Source of the DNA: Heterodontus francisci
Taxonomy: Eukaryota
Reading direction: 5' to 3'
DNA length: 64,000 bases
NCBI RefSeq assembly: GCF_036365525.1
Contig: NC_090401.1
Coordinates: forward strand, 31,145,036-31,209,035
The position numbers were made by a program, and so were the translations under genes. The notes under the pieces were generated by a model. The model had not been told where the DNA came from, did no database searches, and saw only the letters and a list, made by a program, of their open reading frames with translations. Of this stretch, positions 23,790 through 35,421 are shown in pieces (the first letter of the stretch is position 1; each line of letters opens with the position of its first letter).

Positions 23790-24230
23790 AAGACCTTGCA
23801 TTTAAATATCTTTCATGTCTTCAGTATGTCCTAAAACACTTCTCAGCCAATTAATTACTATTTTGAAGCAGAGTCACAGTTCTGCTGGCAAATGACAACA
23901 AATTAATGCACAGCAAGATCACAAAAACAGCAGTGAGATAAATGACCAGCTATTTTGTTTCAATGTTGTTGGTTTAGGAATGTGTTGACCAGGACACCAG
24001 GAGAACTCCCCTGCTATTTTTCAAATAGTGCCATCATTTTCTTACACCTGAATAACAAGATGAGACCTCGGTTAAAATGTCTCATCCAAGAGGGAAGCAC
24101 CTCCGCCACCATGCAGAAATTTCAGCCTAAATTAGGCTCTCAAGTGCTGTAGGGGGTCGGTGGGGGGGGGGGGTGGTGCTTTCACCTACAGCTGTCTGAC
24201 TTGGGCATGAGAGGGGCTACCAGTTAACCA
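23790..24230 (-). mobile_element. Deu-domain SINE, degenerate
   Basis: Homologous to the joined halves 12684-12950 and 14247-14385. Confidence 0.6.
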
Positions 24231-25555
24231 AGGGGGCTGGTTTGCCATCACCAGTGCATAGGAAACACTTTCCTCCCGCATATGTTTGAGTCTGGTGGTT
24301 TTGTCTCTTCAGTCTGTTCTGGATTCAAAGTTGGGTCATTATTGTTCAGTGACATTACTCTGAGCCAATTCACCACCTAGTGAATCTCCCAAATTAGCAG
24401 CTGTTAGTGTTTGTAATGGGTTGACAGCCAGTACAGAATTACTGAAAAAGTGCAAGTGTCTTTCATAAGGTGCTGAACATTAAAGTGCATAGATTAAGTG
24501 ATAATTTAAATATACAGTAACCGAATATAAATGCAGAACTTTAGAGACAAATACTCTAACTTTTCAGAACCCATAATATTAAATTGTAAGTCAAGAAGAA
24601 TAGTCACTCTCCAAGACAGATGAAATAACAGCAGCTTGCATTTGTACAGTGCCTTCAATGTTGAAAAATATTCCAAGGAGCTTTACTGAGATATAATCAC
24701 AGCCAAAGAAGGAAAGATTAAGAGCAGACCAAAAGCTTGGTCAAAGAGTTGGGTTTTAAGGGAAAATAAAACACCAAAACAAATGTTATTTAAGGTGTAA
24801 TTTAATCAAGGTTTGTTACATAAAAGTATTAAGATTTAGTTATTGTGATTTAAAGTATGACATCTTCTCAGATATTCATTTGTAGATGCAATGTGTACTT
24901 TTATCACCTCAAATCATTCTGACATAAGATATTGCAGATGCAGGGTTTCCCAAGACCCACATGTCAGCCATGAGACTTGTAGTTTTTGAGCAGTGTACTG
25001 TATTTATGAAGTAGCCCCACTCCTGACAAAAATCTCATGCGATACAGTTGAGAACCTTGCAACTCCAGTTATATTTCCATGCTTTATGCCAAAGTTACAG
25101 GGGAGAGGGGTTTTATGGCAAAACAACAGCAACTTGCATTTATAGAACACTTTTAATGTAACAAATGTTCCCGTGTGCTTTTACAAGAGCATTATCAGAC
25201 ACCATTTGACACAACCACATAAAAGGACAGCTTGGGGATCAAGGAGGTACATTTTAAGGAGCACTTTACAAATGGGATATATACTTCAGCCCAACCCCCA
25301 GCAGATAAGATTCATTCTTGGAGTGGACCACAATAAGTATTGGTGTTACGACCAGGTGAGAAAGAGAAACTGGAGATTGCTGTCAATCTCCCCATGAGCT
25401 TCAAGTATTTTCTGCATTTGCACTGTTAAAAACTAATTAAAGTCAGCACTAAAAGTTAGGGTTAGTACTTAACTATGCAAGGACCCTTTTAATGATTTAT
25501 GTTCCTGCAATACCACTTAACCTCTCCAGCCCAGAAAGGGAACAGTTGAAGCTAT

Positions 25556-26401
25556 TGTAACAACTCGGTGAGAAAGGTGACGAGGGGTCCCTCTCAGTCT
25601 TCACCTGGTCTTACTGTAACAGGGTTTAATTTTAAATACACAGTGTTTGAGCTACCCCTTGGTGAATCCTTGTTCACCCCTTTCCAATTATAAGGCAAAG
25701 AAACCAGCGCAAACAGGCTTTCTTAGGTTTAAAGAAAAAAAGGTGAAATTTTATTAAACTTGGAGGTTTTAAAACACAAACACTAATTCGGTTAACGCCT
25801 ATGAATACACGACGTGCCCACGCTAGCATGCATACATGCAAATAGAGACAGAGAAGAGCAGAAGAAAAATAAAATGGATAGGTTTGAGGCAATATCTGAA
25901 GAGTTGTTGTTATAGTTCTTCCAGCTCACTGTCGAGTCCTTGATTATAGGTAGATCTTGCTTTTCGTTGGGCTCCAGTATTCTTCTTAAACCTAGTTCAC
26001 TGTAGGTGACCTTTCTCTCTTGGGGTTCATGTGTCTTCAGTGGGTTTTGGAGTTCCGCGAGAAAGAGATGGGAGCAGACAGGCAGGAGAGGAGGTCTGCT
26101 TCAGTCCAGGAGCATTCTGCTTTTGCCAGTTCAAACACTGCAACAGCCAGTTAGTTATGTGACTAACTGGCCTGGCCATGTCAGTTTGTGGATCGAATTG
26201 AAGCAGGGAATAGCTCCTTTGTCTACGAGCACTGTCTGTTAATCTGTAAATGTATCTTTCCAGCCAGGGGCCTGGCAACCCCTTGTCACAGGTCTTCTCT
26301 TTTTCTCAGCAACAATTTGAAATTTAATGTCCATGTGGCAAAAATAATAAGCCACATTGTTGCCAGTTTGGGGGGGGGGGGGGGGGGGGGGCTGCATGAC
26401 A
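25556..26401. mobile_element. Solo LTR-like element
   Basis: TGTAAC...TGACA termini. Colinear with 31352-32143. No clean TSD. Confidence 0.7.
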
Positions 26402-26778
26402 ATTGGTATTAAATTCAATGGTGCACTTACAGGATCCACAGAACACTTGCCATTTCTATGAAATGTAGTCACAGAACTGAATGCCTCCATTCACCCTGTG
26501 GTCAGTTATAGAATGACAAAATCTGGGGCTGAAACAGTGTAGAATGTTTCACCCAAAACTAATTAAGAAGATTGCTAACAGGGCATCTGGGTATTAGCAA
26601 AAGGATAGAACCACCTATACTAAAATTAAAAGTATTTTCAATTACTGGATTTATTTTGAAACCCCAACCTAGAGAATATTCAACAGGTACTAACAGAATG
26701 CTACTTCATTTCCGGCCCAAGTAAATCCTCAGGAGCTGCCTAACTGCGGAGAATCTACTTTAAAGCAGCATGCTGAAT

Positions 26779-29700
26779 TTAGGGCTCATCTTCAGAACTC
26801 TGAATAAGCTCTTTAGCAGCACAGCCAGTGGCAGCACCAGCACTTCCTACTATAGCAGCACCAGCAGTAGAGAGTCCAGCAGCTCCTTCATGAAGAAAAG
26901 AACATATATTAATCCTTACAAATATGTAGCAATATTTAGAACACATTCGTTAAACTTTATAAAACTGCCTCCATTCCCACTCTGAGAGAATCTGTTTATC
27001 CTGTGCTATGAACCATTCTTCAAAAAAAATAAAATGCACAGCCAAGAAACTATTCAGGCCTTTGATCTTATTTATTTTATTTATTGATTTAGAGATACAG
27101 CACTGAAACAGGCCATTCGGCCCACCGAGTCTGTGCCGACCAACAACCACCCATTTATACTAACCCTACAGTAATTCCATATTCCCTACCACCTACCTAC
27201 ACTAGGGGCAATTTACAATGGCCAATTTACCCATCAACCTGCAAGTCTTTGGATGTAGGAGGAAACACCCAGCAAAAACCCACGCGGTCACAGGGAGAAC
27301 TTGCAAACTCCGCACAGGCAGTACCCAGAATCGAACCCGGGTCCCTGGAGCTGCAGTGCAAACCACTGCGCCACTGTGCTGCCCTTGCTAATATAAAGGC
27401 TGCTGAGTAAGTCTTCTCTCCTGAATGGCCATCCAGTTTTCCCCTAATTTGTGCATTAAAAAGTTATTTCAAAATACAAACTACAGAATAGAGCTTTTTG
27501 TAGTGACTTTGCTGATCAGTTTCACTCTATATTAAACAAACATAGCAGCACCAGAGTTTTATTATGACACTAGTTCACCAATATTAGCCATTTAAGCAAT
27601 CACTATCTCACCCACAGCCAAGACTGATAACTTCCTGTCTGAGAAACCACGGAGCCCTGCCCCCACACAAACTTCACCACTTTCTATGTTTATACATGGA
27701 AGGATGACTTAAAGGTGTTGGACAAGTGATTACATTAAGATCAATCTTCATAACTTTTCCTCAATTTGATTTAAAAGAAAACATGGAATCTTACCAATAG
27801 ACTGGAGGGTTGCGACAACACCACCAGCTGCTACACCCCCTCCATTAGCGACTGCAGCCACAGACATCATTTTTGCTCCCAAGGATCCAGCTGCTATTCC
27901 AGCACCAGTGAAGCCAGCTGCACCAACAACAACTGGGGCAGCAACTACTGCAGCAGCTGCAAAAGTAGAATAAAGTCAGTTGATAAGGGAACTAAAAATT
28001 TGCTTGGTGATACAGCACCCCGTTTAGGCTCTTGGCTGTAGAGATCACAGCTCCAACAAATCCAAAAATGGCATGGGAAGAAATGGAGCAAAGGGGTTTG
28101 CCATGACCCTGGCAGCCTTTCAAAAAGAAAGGAGCATGACCTTCAGTTAGCAAGAGTATAAATTACACCATGATGTCTTTGTTTTAAAAGAGCACATCAT
28201 CATGTCACATGTTTGCATTTTAAAGTTGCAAATTTGAAAAAGAAAGGTGACTTTGCAATGAAATACTCAACCCTGATACTCAGAATGGACCATAAAAAAC
28301 GTACAGCACAGGAGGCCATTCAGGCCATCATGCCTGTGCTGCCTCTTTGAAAGAAAAGTCATGCTTAGTTCCACACCTCCACTTATTGTCCATAACCTGC
28401 AAGTTCCTCATCCTCAACTATCTGTCCATCTCCCTTTTAAAACTATTTATGGAATTAGCTTCCACCGCCTTTTCAGACAGAGCATTCCAGATTCCCACAA
28501 CTCAGTGAAAAAAAAAATCTCTCCTCATCTTCCCACTAGATCTTTGGCCAATGATTTGAAATCAATGACATCTGGTTATTAACCCAATATTTTTTTCTAC
28601 TTTATTTGCTTCTTTAACCACCTTATTAACTTGCCCTGCCACCTTTATGAATTTGTGTATATGAACAACAAAGTCTCTCTGTTCATCTACACTCACTCAA
28701 TCTAGGCTGGCAATTTAGTGCAGTGCTAAAGGACGGATGAATTGTCAGAGATGCCATTTTTCCAAGGAGATGTAAAACCAAGCTGCCATCTGCTTATTCA
28801 GGTGGATGCAGCAAAAGATGCCATGGCACTTTTTGAAGAATAGCAGGAGTTCTTCTGGTGTTCTGGGCAACATTCCTCAATCAGTAAATACCACTGAAAA
28901 TAGATCATCTAGTTATTTTTTCCATTTGCTGTTTGTTGGACCATCCTGTGCACAAATTGGTTGCCACATTTCCTGACAGAGCAGCAGTGACTGCACATAA
29001 TCAAGCAATTGTGAAGCAATATCGGGACATCCTGAGAAGGTGTATATCAATGCAATTTCTTTTACCTGCTCCTCCTGCAACCCAGGCAACTGTCGACCAA
29101 TCTATAAATACATGGGCAAAACAGAAATATTAGACAAGTATTCAACGGTGAGACAAGCCACTCATTTGATAACTTTCTTGACTGCTAAGTCAGTAATGTA
29201 GGAAAGCAGTCAAGTTACAACCAGCATTTTATTAGTTTGCAGACTACTTGTGTAATTGTTTCCTCTCAGCATGAGCACTAATAATGTCAGGGGCACATTC
29301 ATATACAATCCTACAGATCCCAAGCTCAAGGGTCCCTGCTAAATATGGGGGTCCCTCCAGGGTTAGCAAACTATGTCCAATAAGCATCTCCCTGTCCACA
29401 ATCCCATTGGACAAGAAATCTCCTGGCCACGCCCATGAGTCTCAGTGCTGGAGAGCTGCAGTCCAGTTTTCTCCTTTCAGGTAGGTTTTAATGAATGGGG
29501 ATGAGGGGGGAGGGAGTTGTTCAGGGTTGCTGAAGGACCCTAAAGAGCCCTAAGAATTCTTAATTGGTCTCTGATTAAGCTATTTTTATATTACTTACTT
29601 CTAGGCTATTGGCACCAGTTCTCAGGCAGCTGAAGGCAACAGTGTAGCCTTGCCGGAGTTGCAAAGGCTGGTGATTGGGAGGACCTGGTTTTAAGAAAAA

Positions 29701-31077
29701 TGCCTGCACTGGGTCATTTTCTATCAAGTTCGTGGATGCAAAAATAACTGGGAGTGTCCATCTGACACTTTCCCAATGCAGTGAACAATACTGGTTTAGA
29801 AGGAAAAAAAAGTGGTTAAGTGTTGCATTCCCCCAGCCCTGCGATCTCAAACCTGACAGAACACACGAAAATGAAAAACCATTCAAGAAAAATAGTTTCT
29901 CTTAGCAACACAATTAATGGTAGTTTACAATCACTATGGATTCTATGGACACACAGTATGGAAAAGAGGGAAGAGATATGAGGAAGAGGATGAGTAGAGG
30001 AGAATGGGGGTTACCTATATCACATGAAGGTAGGCTTGAACCTGCAAAACAGGGAAGATAACAGAATGAGAACATTTTATTTTATTTTTGTCTTTTAAAA
30101 ATATATTTCTTCTATACACCCAAAATCATCTCACGTATCATTGCTCACAACGTCAGAGGATACCAACTTGCATTTATATATCATCTTATCAACTTCAAAA
30201 TGACCAAAAGCATTTTATGATCAATGAATTACTTTGGAATTGCACGGGTATTTAGAGAAAAGTGTATAGAAAATTGAAAACTTTCAATATAATTTACATA
30301 GCTAGATGGACGTATCTCCACTATGCCCTTTGCATATGCTCAAGAATAGTTAAATATTCAAACAAAATGTGCTTCAAAATAGTTTAGCACACCATCCCAT
30401 ATTTTTAATCACTATAAATCCCAACTGGGATATTTGGTGATTTCTTCTGCACTATCTGTGCCAGATGTAATTGATGTTCGATGATTCTATGTTATTCCAG
30501 GTAACATGAAAAGTTTGATATCTCACTTTTCCCCTCCATCTTGATTCAATCATGCCTGACTGCTGTCTGCCCCTCAAACATTATGCTTAACACTGTTCCA
30601 TCAAGAATCCTAAGCTTTTGAACTGTGCTCATAATCTCAGTCAACTGGTAGAATTGCTAAATGTACTGTTTCTTTTTAAATGGTAAAGCAGCTTCAACTG
30701 TTCATTTCTTGACTTCAGCGGTTTCCTTCTAGTCACTTGCCAATAATTTGTGAATTCTCCTTTTCACCAGCTGGGTCTTTCCTTCCAGCTTTAGTGTTCA
30801 GTCTTTGCGATCCAAAGTTTAAAGTTACCTACTCAGAGTTCACAGACTTATTTGCCCATTCTATACTTATCAATGTATTGAGACTTTATTGCTTACTTGT
30901 TTCCAATAAAAACTAACTTTTTTACAAAAAAGGGAGAAGATTCAGCAAGATTGTAGAGAAAGGCCAGGCATAAATTTGCAAGTATTTGAAATGAATCAAC
31001 ATTACCACATAAATCTACTTCTCACCTGTGTTGAAAGAAGCAGACAAGATCAATGCAATATAGACCAGCTCTCGCAT
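26779..31077 (-). CDS. ISG12 family protein with signal-peptide-like N-terminus and acidic tail, IFI6/IFI27-like (gene A, copy 1), 127 aa; exons 31077-31026, 30041-30015, 29101-29066, 27956-27795, 26885-26779
   Basis: GT-AG exons of 52+27+36+162+107 = 384 nt, all phase 1, give [133 protein letters not shown] on minus strand at 26650-26655. Missed by the ORF track. Confidence 0.85.
27068..27384 (-). mobile_element. HE1/V-SINE (tRNA-derived), near full length, in last intron of gene A
   Basis: Minus strand starts gggcagcacagtggcgcagtgg (A box), has ccgggttcgattctgg (B box), the V-domain gtgcggagtttgcaagttctccctgtgaccgcgtgggttt and a CR1-like tail. Confidence 0.85.
28290..29058. mobile_element. 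Degenerate CR1 3' fragment (minus, ~28290-28700) and Deu-SINE fragment (plus, ~28705-29058)
   Basis: acagcacaggaggccattcaggcc CR1 tail. gtgcagtgct..ggagatgtaaaacc..gatgccatggcact..ttgaagaa..gcaggagtt SINE body. Confidence 0.55.
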
Positions 31078-31242
31078 TTTTCCAATATTTTCAAGGAAGA
31101 CTGATACAAGTATTGTAGATTTCAGTAATAGCTGGAACACAATAGGACCTTCCTGCACAGATCAACACAAGAAGCAATTTCAATTAAAAAGGTTACAAGG
31201 GAAGTACTGACAGTGCTGTGTAATAACCTCATCTGGTAGCAG

Positions 31243-31323
31243 ATTTATAAATTACAGGTAGAGATGGTTCAAATTGTTATCGGAAAAGCTCGGTTTCATG
31301 TTTTGTCTACAGTAATCTTCAGT
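31243..31323 (-). promoter_or_regulatory. Gene A proximal promoter (TATA and a single IRF-like site)
   Basis: TATAAAT on minus strand at 31243-31249, AAACATGAAACC at ~31292-31303. The tctacag..tcttcag anchor is shared with the reverse complement of 440-475. Confidence 0.55.
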
Positions 31324-31351
31324 GAAATTATAATTCTTCACTCTTAAAATG

Positions 31352-32143
31352 TGTTACAACCAAGTGAGAAATGTGTCCAGGGGTCTGTTACTATCTTCAT
31401 CTGGTCTTATTGCAACAGGGTTTAATTTTAAACACGGTTTTGATCTCCCCTTTGTGAATCCGTGTTCACAACTTTCCAACTATAAGGCAAAGAAATGAGC
31501 ACAAACAGGCTTTCTGTGGTTTAACGAAGAAAGATGAAATTTATTAAACCTTAAACTTGAACTCTAATACAGTTAACACCTACGGATATACAAATACCCA
31601 CGCAATACACATATGCAAATAGAGACAGAAAAGAGCAGAAGAAAAGATAAGTAGAACAGTTTGAGACAATATCTTGTTACAGTTTCTCGAGCTCGCTGTA
31701 GTCCTTGATTGAATATATGGTCTTGTGTTTCATTGGGGCCCAGTATTCTTCGTAAACCTTATTCACATAGGAGATTCTGAGTTTACGTATCTTCACAAGA
31801 TTCAGTTCTGTGGGAAAAAGAGATTGAGGCAGGCAGACAGGAGAGGAAGTAATTCTTGCTTCAGTTCCAGAAGAGATCTTCACTTCATGAGCACAGAGCT
31901 TTGTCTTTTCAAAGTTTTGCGTTTCCAGTTTAAAGCTCCCCTGGTTGGCCAGCAGGTGGTCACGTGACCGATTGGTTTGACCAGGTCTCTTCCGTGCATT
32001 GGGGCAGGGACTGGTTCCTTTGTTTCAACACTGTCTGCTACTATGCAAATGTCCTTCCAGTCAGGGCTTGCAATTTTAAGTTATTGTTCAAGTGGTGAAA
32101 TAATGTGTGCCTCAGTCTTGGCAGGTGGGGGGTTTGCCTGATA
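31352..32143. mobile_element. Solo LTR with 4-bp TSD (Gypsy-like)
   Basis: AATG|TGTTAC...CCTGATA|AATG. Same family as 25556-26401. Confidence 0.78.
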
Positions 32144-32274
32144 AATGATTGTAGATAAAAACTTTATTCTTAGTAGGTTACATCAGTGGCTAGTTCTAAT
32201 AAACATGTAGTCATGTAGCTGCTGTCAGAGGTGGTGTTTCCTTATGCATTCCTGAGATATGGGAAATGCTGGAA

Positions 32275-33355
32275 AAGCTGAATTTTTAATACCCATCGCT
32301 AGTTGCCCCAAGATTCTTCTCCTTGAATCATTGCAGTCCTTTTGGTGAGTTTTTCCAAAATGGTGTAGGGAATTTCAGGATTTTGATCCAGCAACCATAA
32401 AGAAATGGTGGATGTACATCCAAGTCAAGATGGTATTTGACTTGGAGGGGGAAGGTGTTCCCATACTCTTGCTGCTCTTAACTTTGGTAAAAGTGCTGTT
32501 GAAGTAAGCTTGCAAGTTGATACAATGCAACCTTTAAATCATACATATTGCAGTCACAGGGTTCTGGTGATTAAAAGGGTGGATATTGAATTCAATGCCC
32601 AAGGACCGATCAAGCAGACCACTCTGTATTGGATAGGTTAAGCTTTGAGTGATAGTGCAGATGTATCCATCACAATTGACTTTGTAGTGAAGAAGCACTG
32701 GGGGGCCAGCAGGTGAGCCAATTATCAGTGTACCCATCTTCTGTTCTATTCCTGCAGCCATGGCATTGGTATGGTGGGGCCAGTTAGGTTTCTGGACAAT
32801 GTTGATAACATTAAATGTCTTACTGGAGATGGTCATTACTTGGCACATAGTGGTGTGAATATTAGCCCGTCTGGATATTATCCAGGTCCTGTTGCAAGCT
32901 GGCATGACCTGCTCTTTGAGTTGTGAATGAAGCTTAAAATCGTACAATCGACAGCCCCATTCCTGACCTGATAAAGGGAAGTAGCTGAAGATGGTTGGGC
33001 TGAGGACACTTCACTGAGAAAGCCCTGGGGCTGCAATGATTGGCCTCCAACAACATGAGCCTCTTTCTCAGTTTCAAATATAACCTCAGCACCACATTCC
33101 CACCTACCCCCGATAACCTTTCACCCCTTGCTCAAGAATCTATCCACCTCTACCTTAAAAATATTTAAGGACTCTGCTTTCATCGCCTTTTGAGGAAGAG
33201 AGTTCCAAAGACTCACAACCCTCAGAGGAAAGATTTCTCCTCATCTCTGTCTGAAATGGGCAACCACTTATTTTTAAGACAGTGACCCCTAGTTCTAGAT
33301 TCTTCCACAAGAGGAAACATCCTTTCCACAACCACCCTGTCAAGACCCCTCAGGA
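32275..33355 (-). mobile_element. Old LINE fragments (relative of 12960-14245, then a CR1 3' piece at ~33085-33355)
   Basis: Colinear similarity to 13000-14030, followed by the ELGVTVLK..QTEMRRN CR1 C-terminus. Confidence 0.7.
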
Positions 33356-34626
33356 GTTTAACCGCACATCTGCTCCATGCCTGACATTGCAGTATCATTT
33401 ATGTATAAACAATGGGGAGTACTATTAGCGTCACATTTTGATAGCAAATTATGGCCTATTATGTTGCTGAGATTCTTTCTCATCTCCTTTTCTGTATATA
33501 TCTCCTGGTGTGAATAGCTACCCGAAACCTACTTGCCGATTTTAATTTTATTCCTGTTTTACAAGATTCCTTTTTAACCACCCTGCCCAACTGCAGTCAC
33601 TCCTTATCACCTGTCAGTATCTTGATCCATTACCAATTCCAAACAAGTTTTTTTATTTCACTTACAGCTGGTCCCAATGGTGAACTATTTCCCCTGTTGT
33701 GCCCAATGCTCACCTCGGAGACTGAACACTTCATAACCTGTGGCATTTACTAATCTTTACAAGCATTTCAATGGTCCCCAATTCTACTATCCTTTCCTTC
33801 ATCTCCATGACTTGCAAACATTCATAGATACTCGAGCTAACTCCCCACTCAATGACAGGACCGATGCCACAATCCACAGCTCCCTATTCTTTCCTTTGTT
33901 CACTAGATTCTCAAATATATTTGAACAATTCATAAAAAGAAACCTCGTCCATTAACTAGTTTCAACCAATTTAATCTGTAGACGGTTTTCATCTTATTCT
34001 GAAACTTGTTACTATCCATCAACATATTTTGTTATCCGATTTAAGCCAATGTCTGACCTGCACAGTATCCGCAGAACATGAAATGAATGGGTTAACACTT
34101 CTGCAAAAAGTGCGGAGAGACTCATTTCAGGAAAGGGACAGTGGCTTGTCTCATAGCTGAAAAAGAAATGCACCTGGAAGAGTGTTACTGCACCAGCCAT
34201 CAATATCACACAAGTAACAGAAATACAATGGTAATTTATGAATATATTGGTGTATATGTGCAATAATTTTAAATGCTTATTATAGAAAAGTAATATCGCT
34301 AAAAATGCAAACTGTAGAATAGCTACACTGCATCAAATTTCTTTGAACTATCCTCTATATTACCTGATATATGTTGGAGTTGCCTAAAACCAAACAGAAC
34401 TTCACTCGGAACAACCTGACACACAGCGCATTGCAGAATATATAGCAAACTGAGAGGAGTCTCCTGGGTCCTAATGCTCAATAAGTTCAACATGTTCAAT
34501 TTTCAATCCACCTCGATCTATTTTTTTTGCAGCAAGAAAAGTCTCCCCCAGTATTTTATAACTGTAGTTTAGAACAGAAAGCCGAGGGACGTCACCTTTT
34601 TTTTTCACTATTAATTTTTAACCAAG

Positions 34627-34735
34627 GCGCTGAAGAGTCTGTAGATTCAAGAAATGGAAACTCCATTATCAGTTTCGTTTCCTCGGAAATCCACATGATG
34701 TCACTGACAGCTCTTCAGCAGAAGCTTTTATAAAT
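34627..34735 (+). promoter_or_regulatory. Interferon-responsive promoter module C, copy 2
   Basis: AGTTTCGTTTCC 34671-34682, TATAAAT 34729-34735. Same motifs as 440-548. Confidence 0.75.
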
Positions 34736-35421
34736 GCAACAACGTTTAGAGATTTAAAACTTTAGAAGGTGTATGTCTGTTGGAGACAGTTTTTAATTTG
34801 CCGCACTGATCTGAAACTAAAGTTGTGGATCAATGATGTCAATAGAAATGAAAACCAGGCAGTTTCAATAACACTGGCAGATCGGCAGTGTTAGATTTAC
34901 ACCCAAGTGGCAAATTGAGAATCAACCCCATTGTGTATGAACGGGATGTTGGAAACCAGTTGTTCTGACAGCAAGGAGGCCGACAGCTCACTGGATTCAG
35001 GCTGGCCCAACGTTGGCCACTGGAGACCGCTGGGCCTGCAGCAAGTTAATCCCAGTAGATTGTCGCAATGAGGATGGAGGGCTGCCCAGTGGCAGTGGCC
35101 CGGAAATGGGTGCCGTTCCCTTCTGCCACATGGTTGGCAACCCCACTGCGGATCACGTGTAGCGGGCGACCATTTTACATAGTAGAGGCAGAGCCCCCCA
35201 CCACCCCCCCTCCAAATCACATGGCGGGGCGGGATGCGAGCAGTCAGTTACACCATCAGATGACTCTGGAGCAGGTACTGTTGCCATATTTAAAGGCCTG
35301 CCAGCCCTGCATTCACACCTGTTTTGGAGTTGTTTGCAGCTTTCAGTGTGCTGCTGAAAATGGTGTTGGATTGACTCCTGGATGACCACCACCCCCCAAA
35401 CTCCCGAGGAGGACACACAAG

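Larger units (their letters stand above)
1..34187 (+). repeat. Tandem segmental duplication unit, copy 1 (~34.2 kb period; true breakpoint not visible)
   Basis: Sequence at 1 (ctgcaccagccatcaatatc) recurs at 34188. The ORF track repeats with offsets of about 34187 to 34152 up to the window end. Confidence 0.97.

Noticed and set aside
26370-26391. Poly-G tracts (also ~15075, ~24162, ~58320) as functional G-quadruplexes
   Set aside because: They lie inside repeats and differ in length between copies, consistent with slippage or sequencing error.
27300-27384. tRNA gene
   Set aside because: The A and B boxes are the tRNA-derived head of an HE1 SINE. No cloverleaf.
25556-32143. Single LTR retroelement that captured gene A
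   Set aside because: Gene A retains its introns, the LTRs are diverged, and the upstream LTR has its own TSD.
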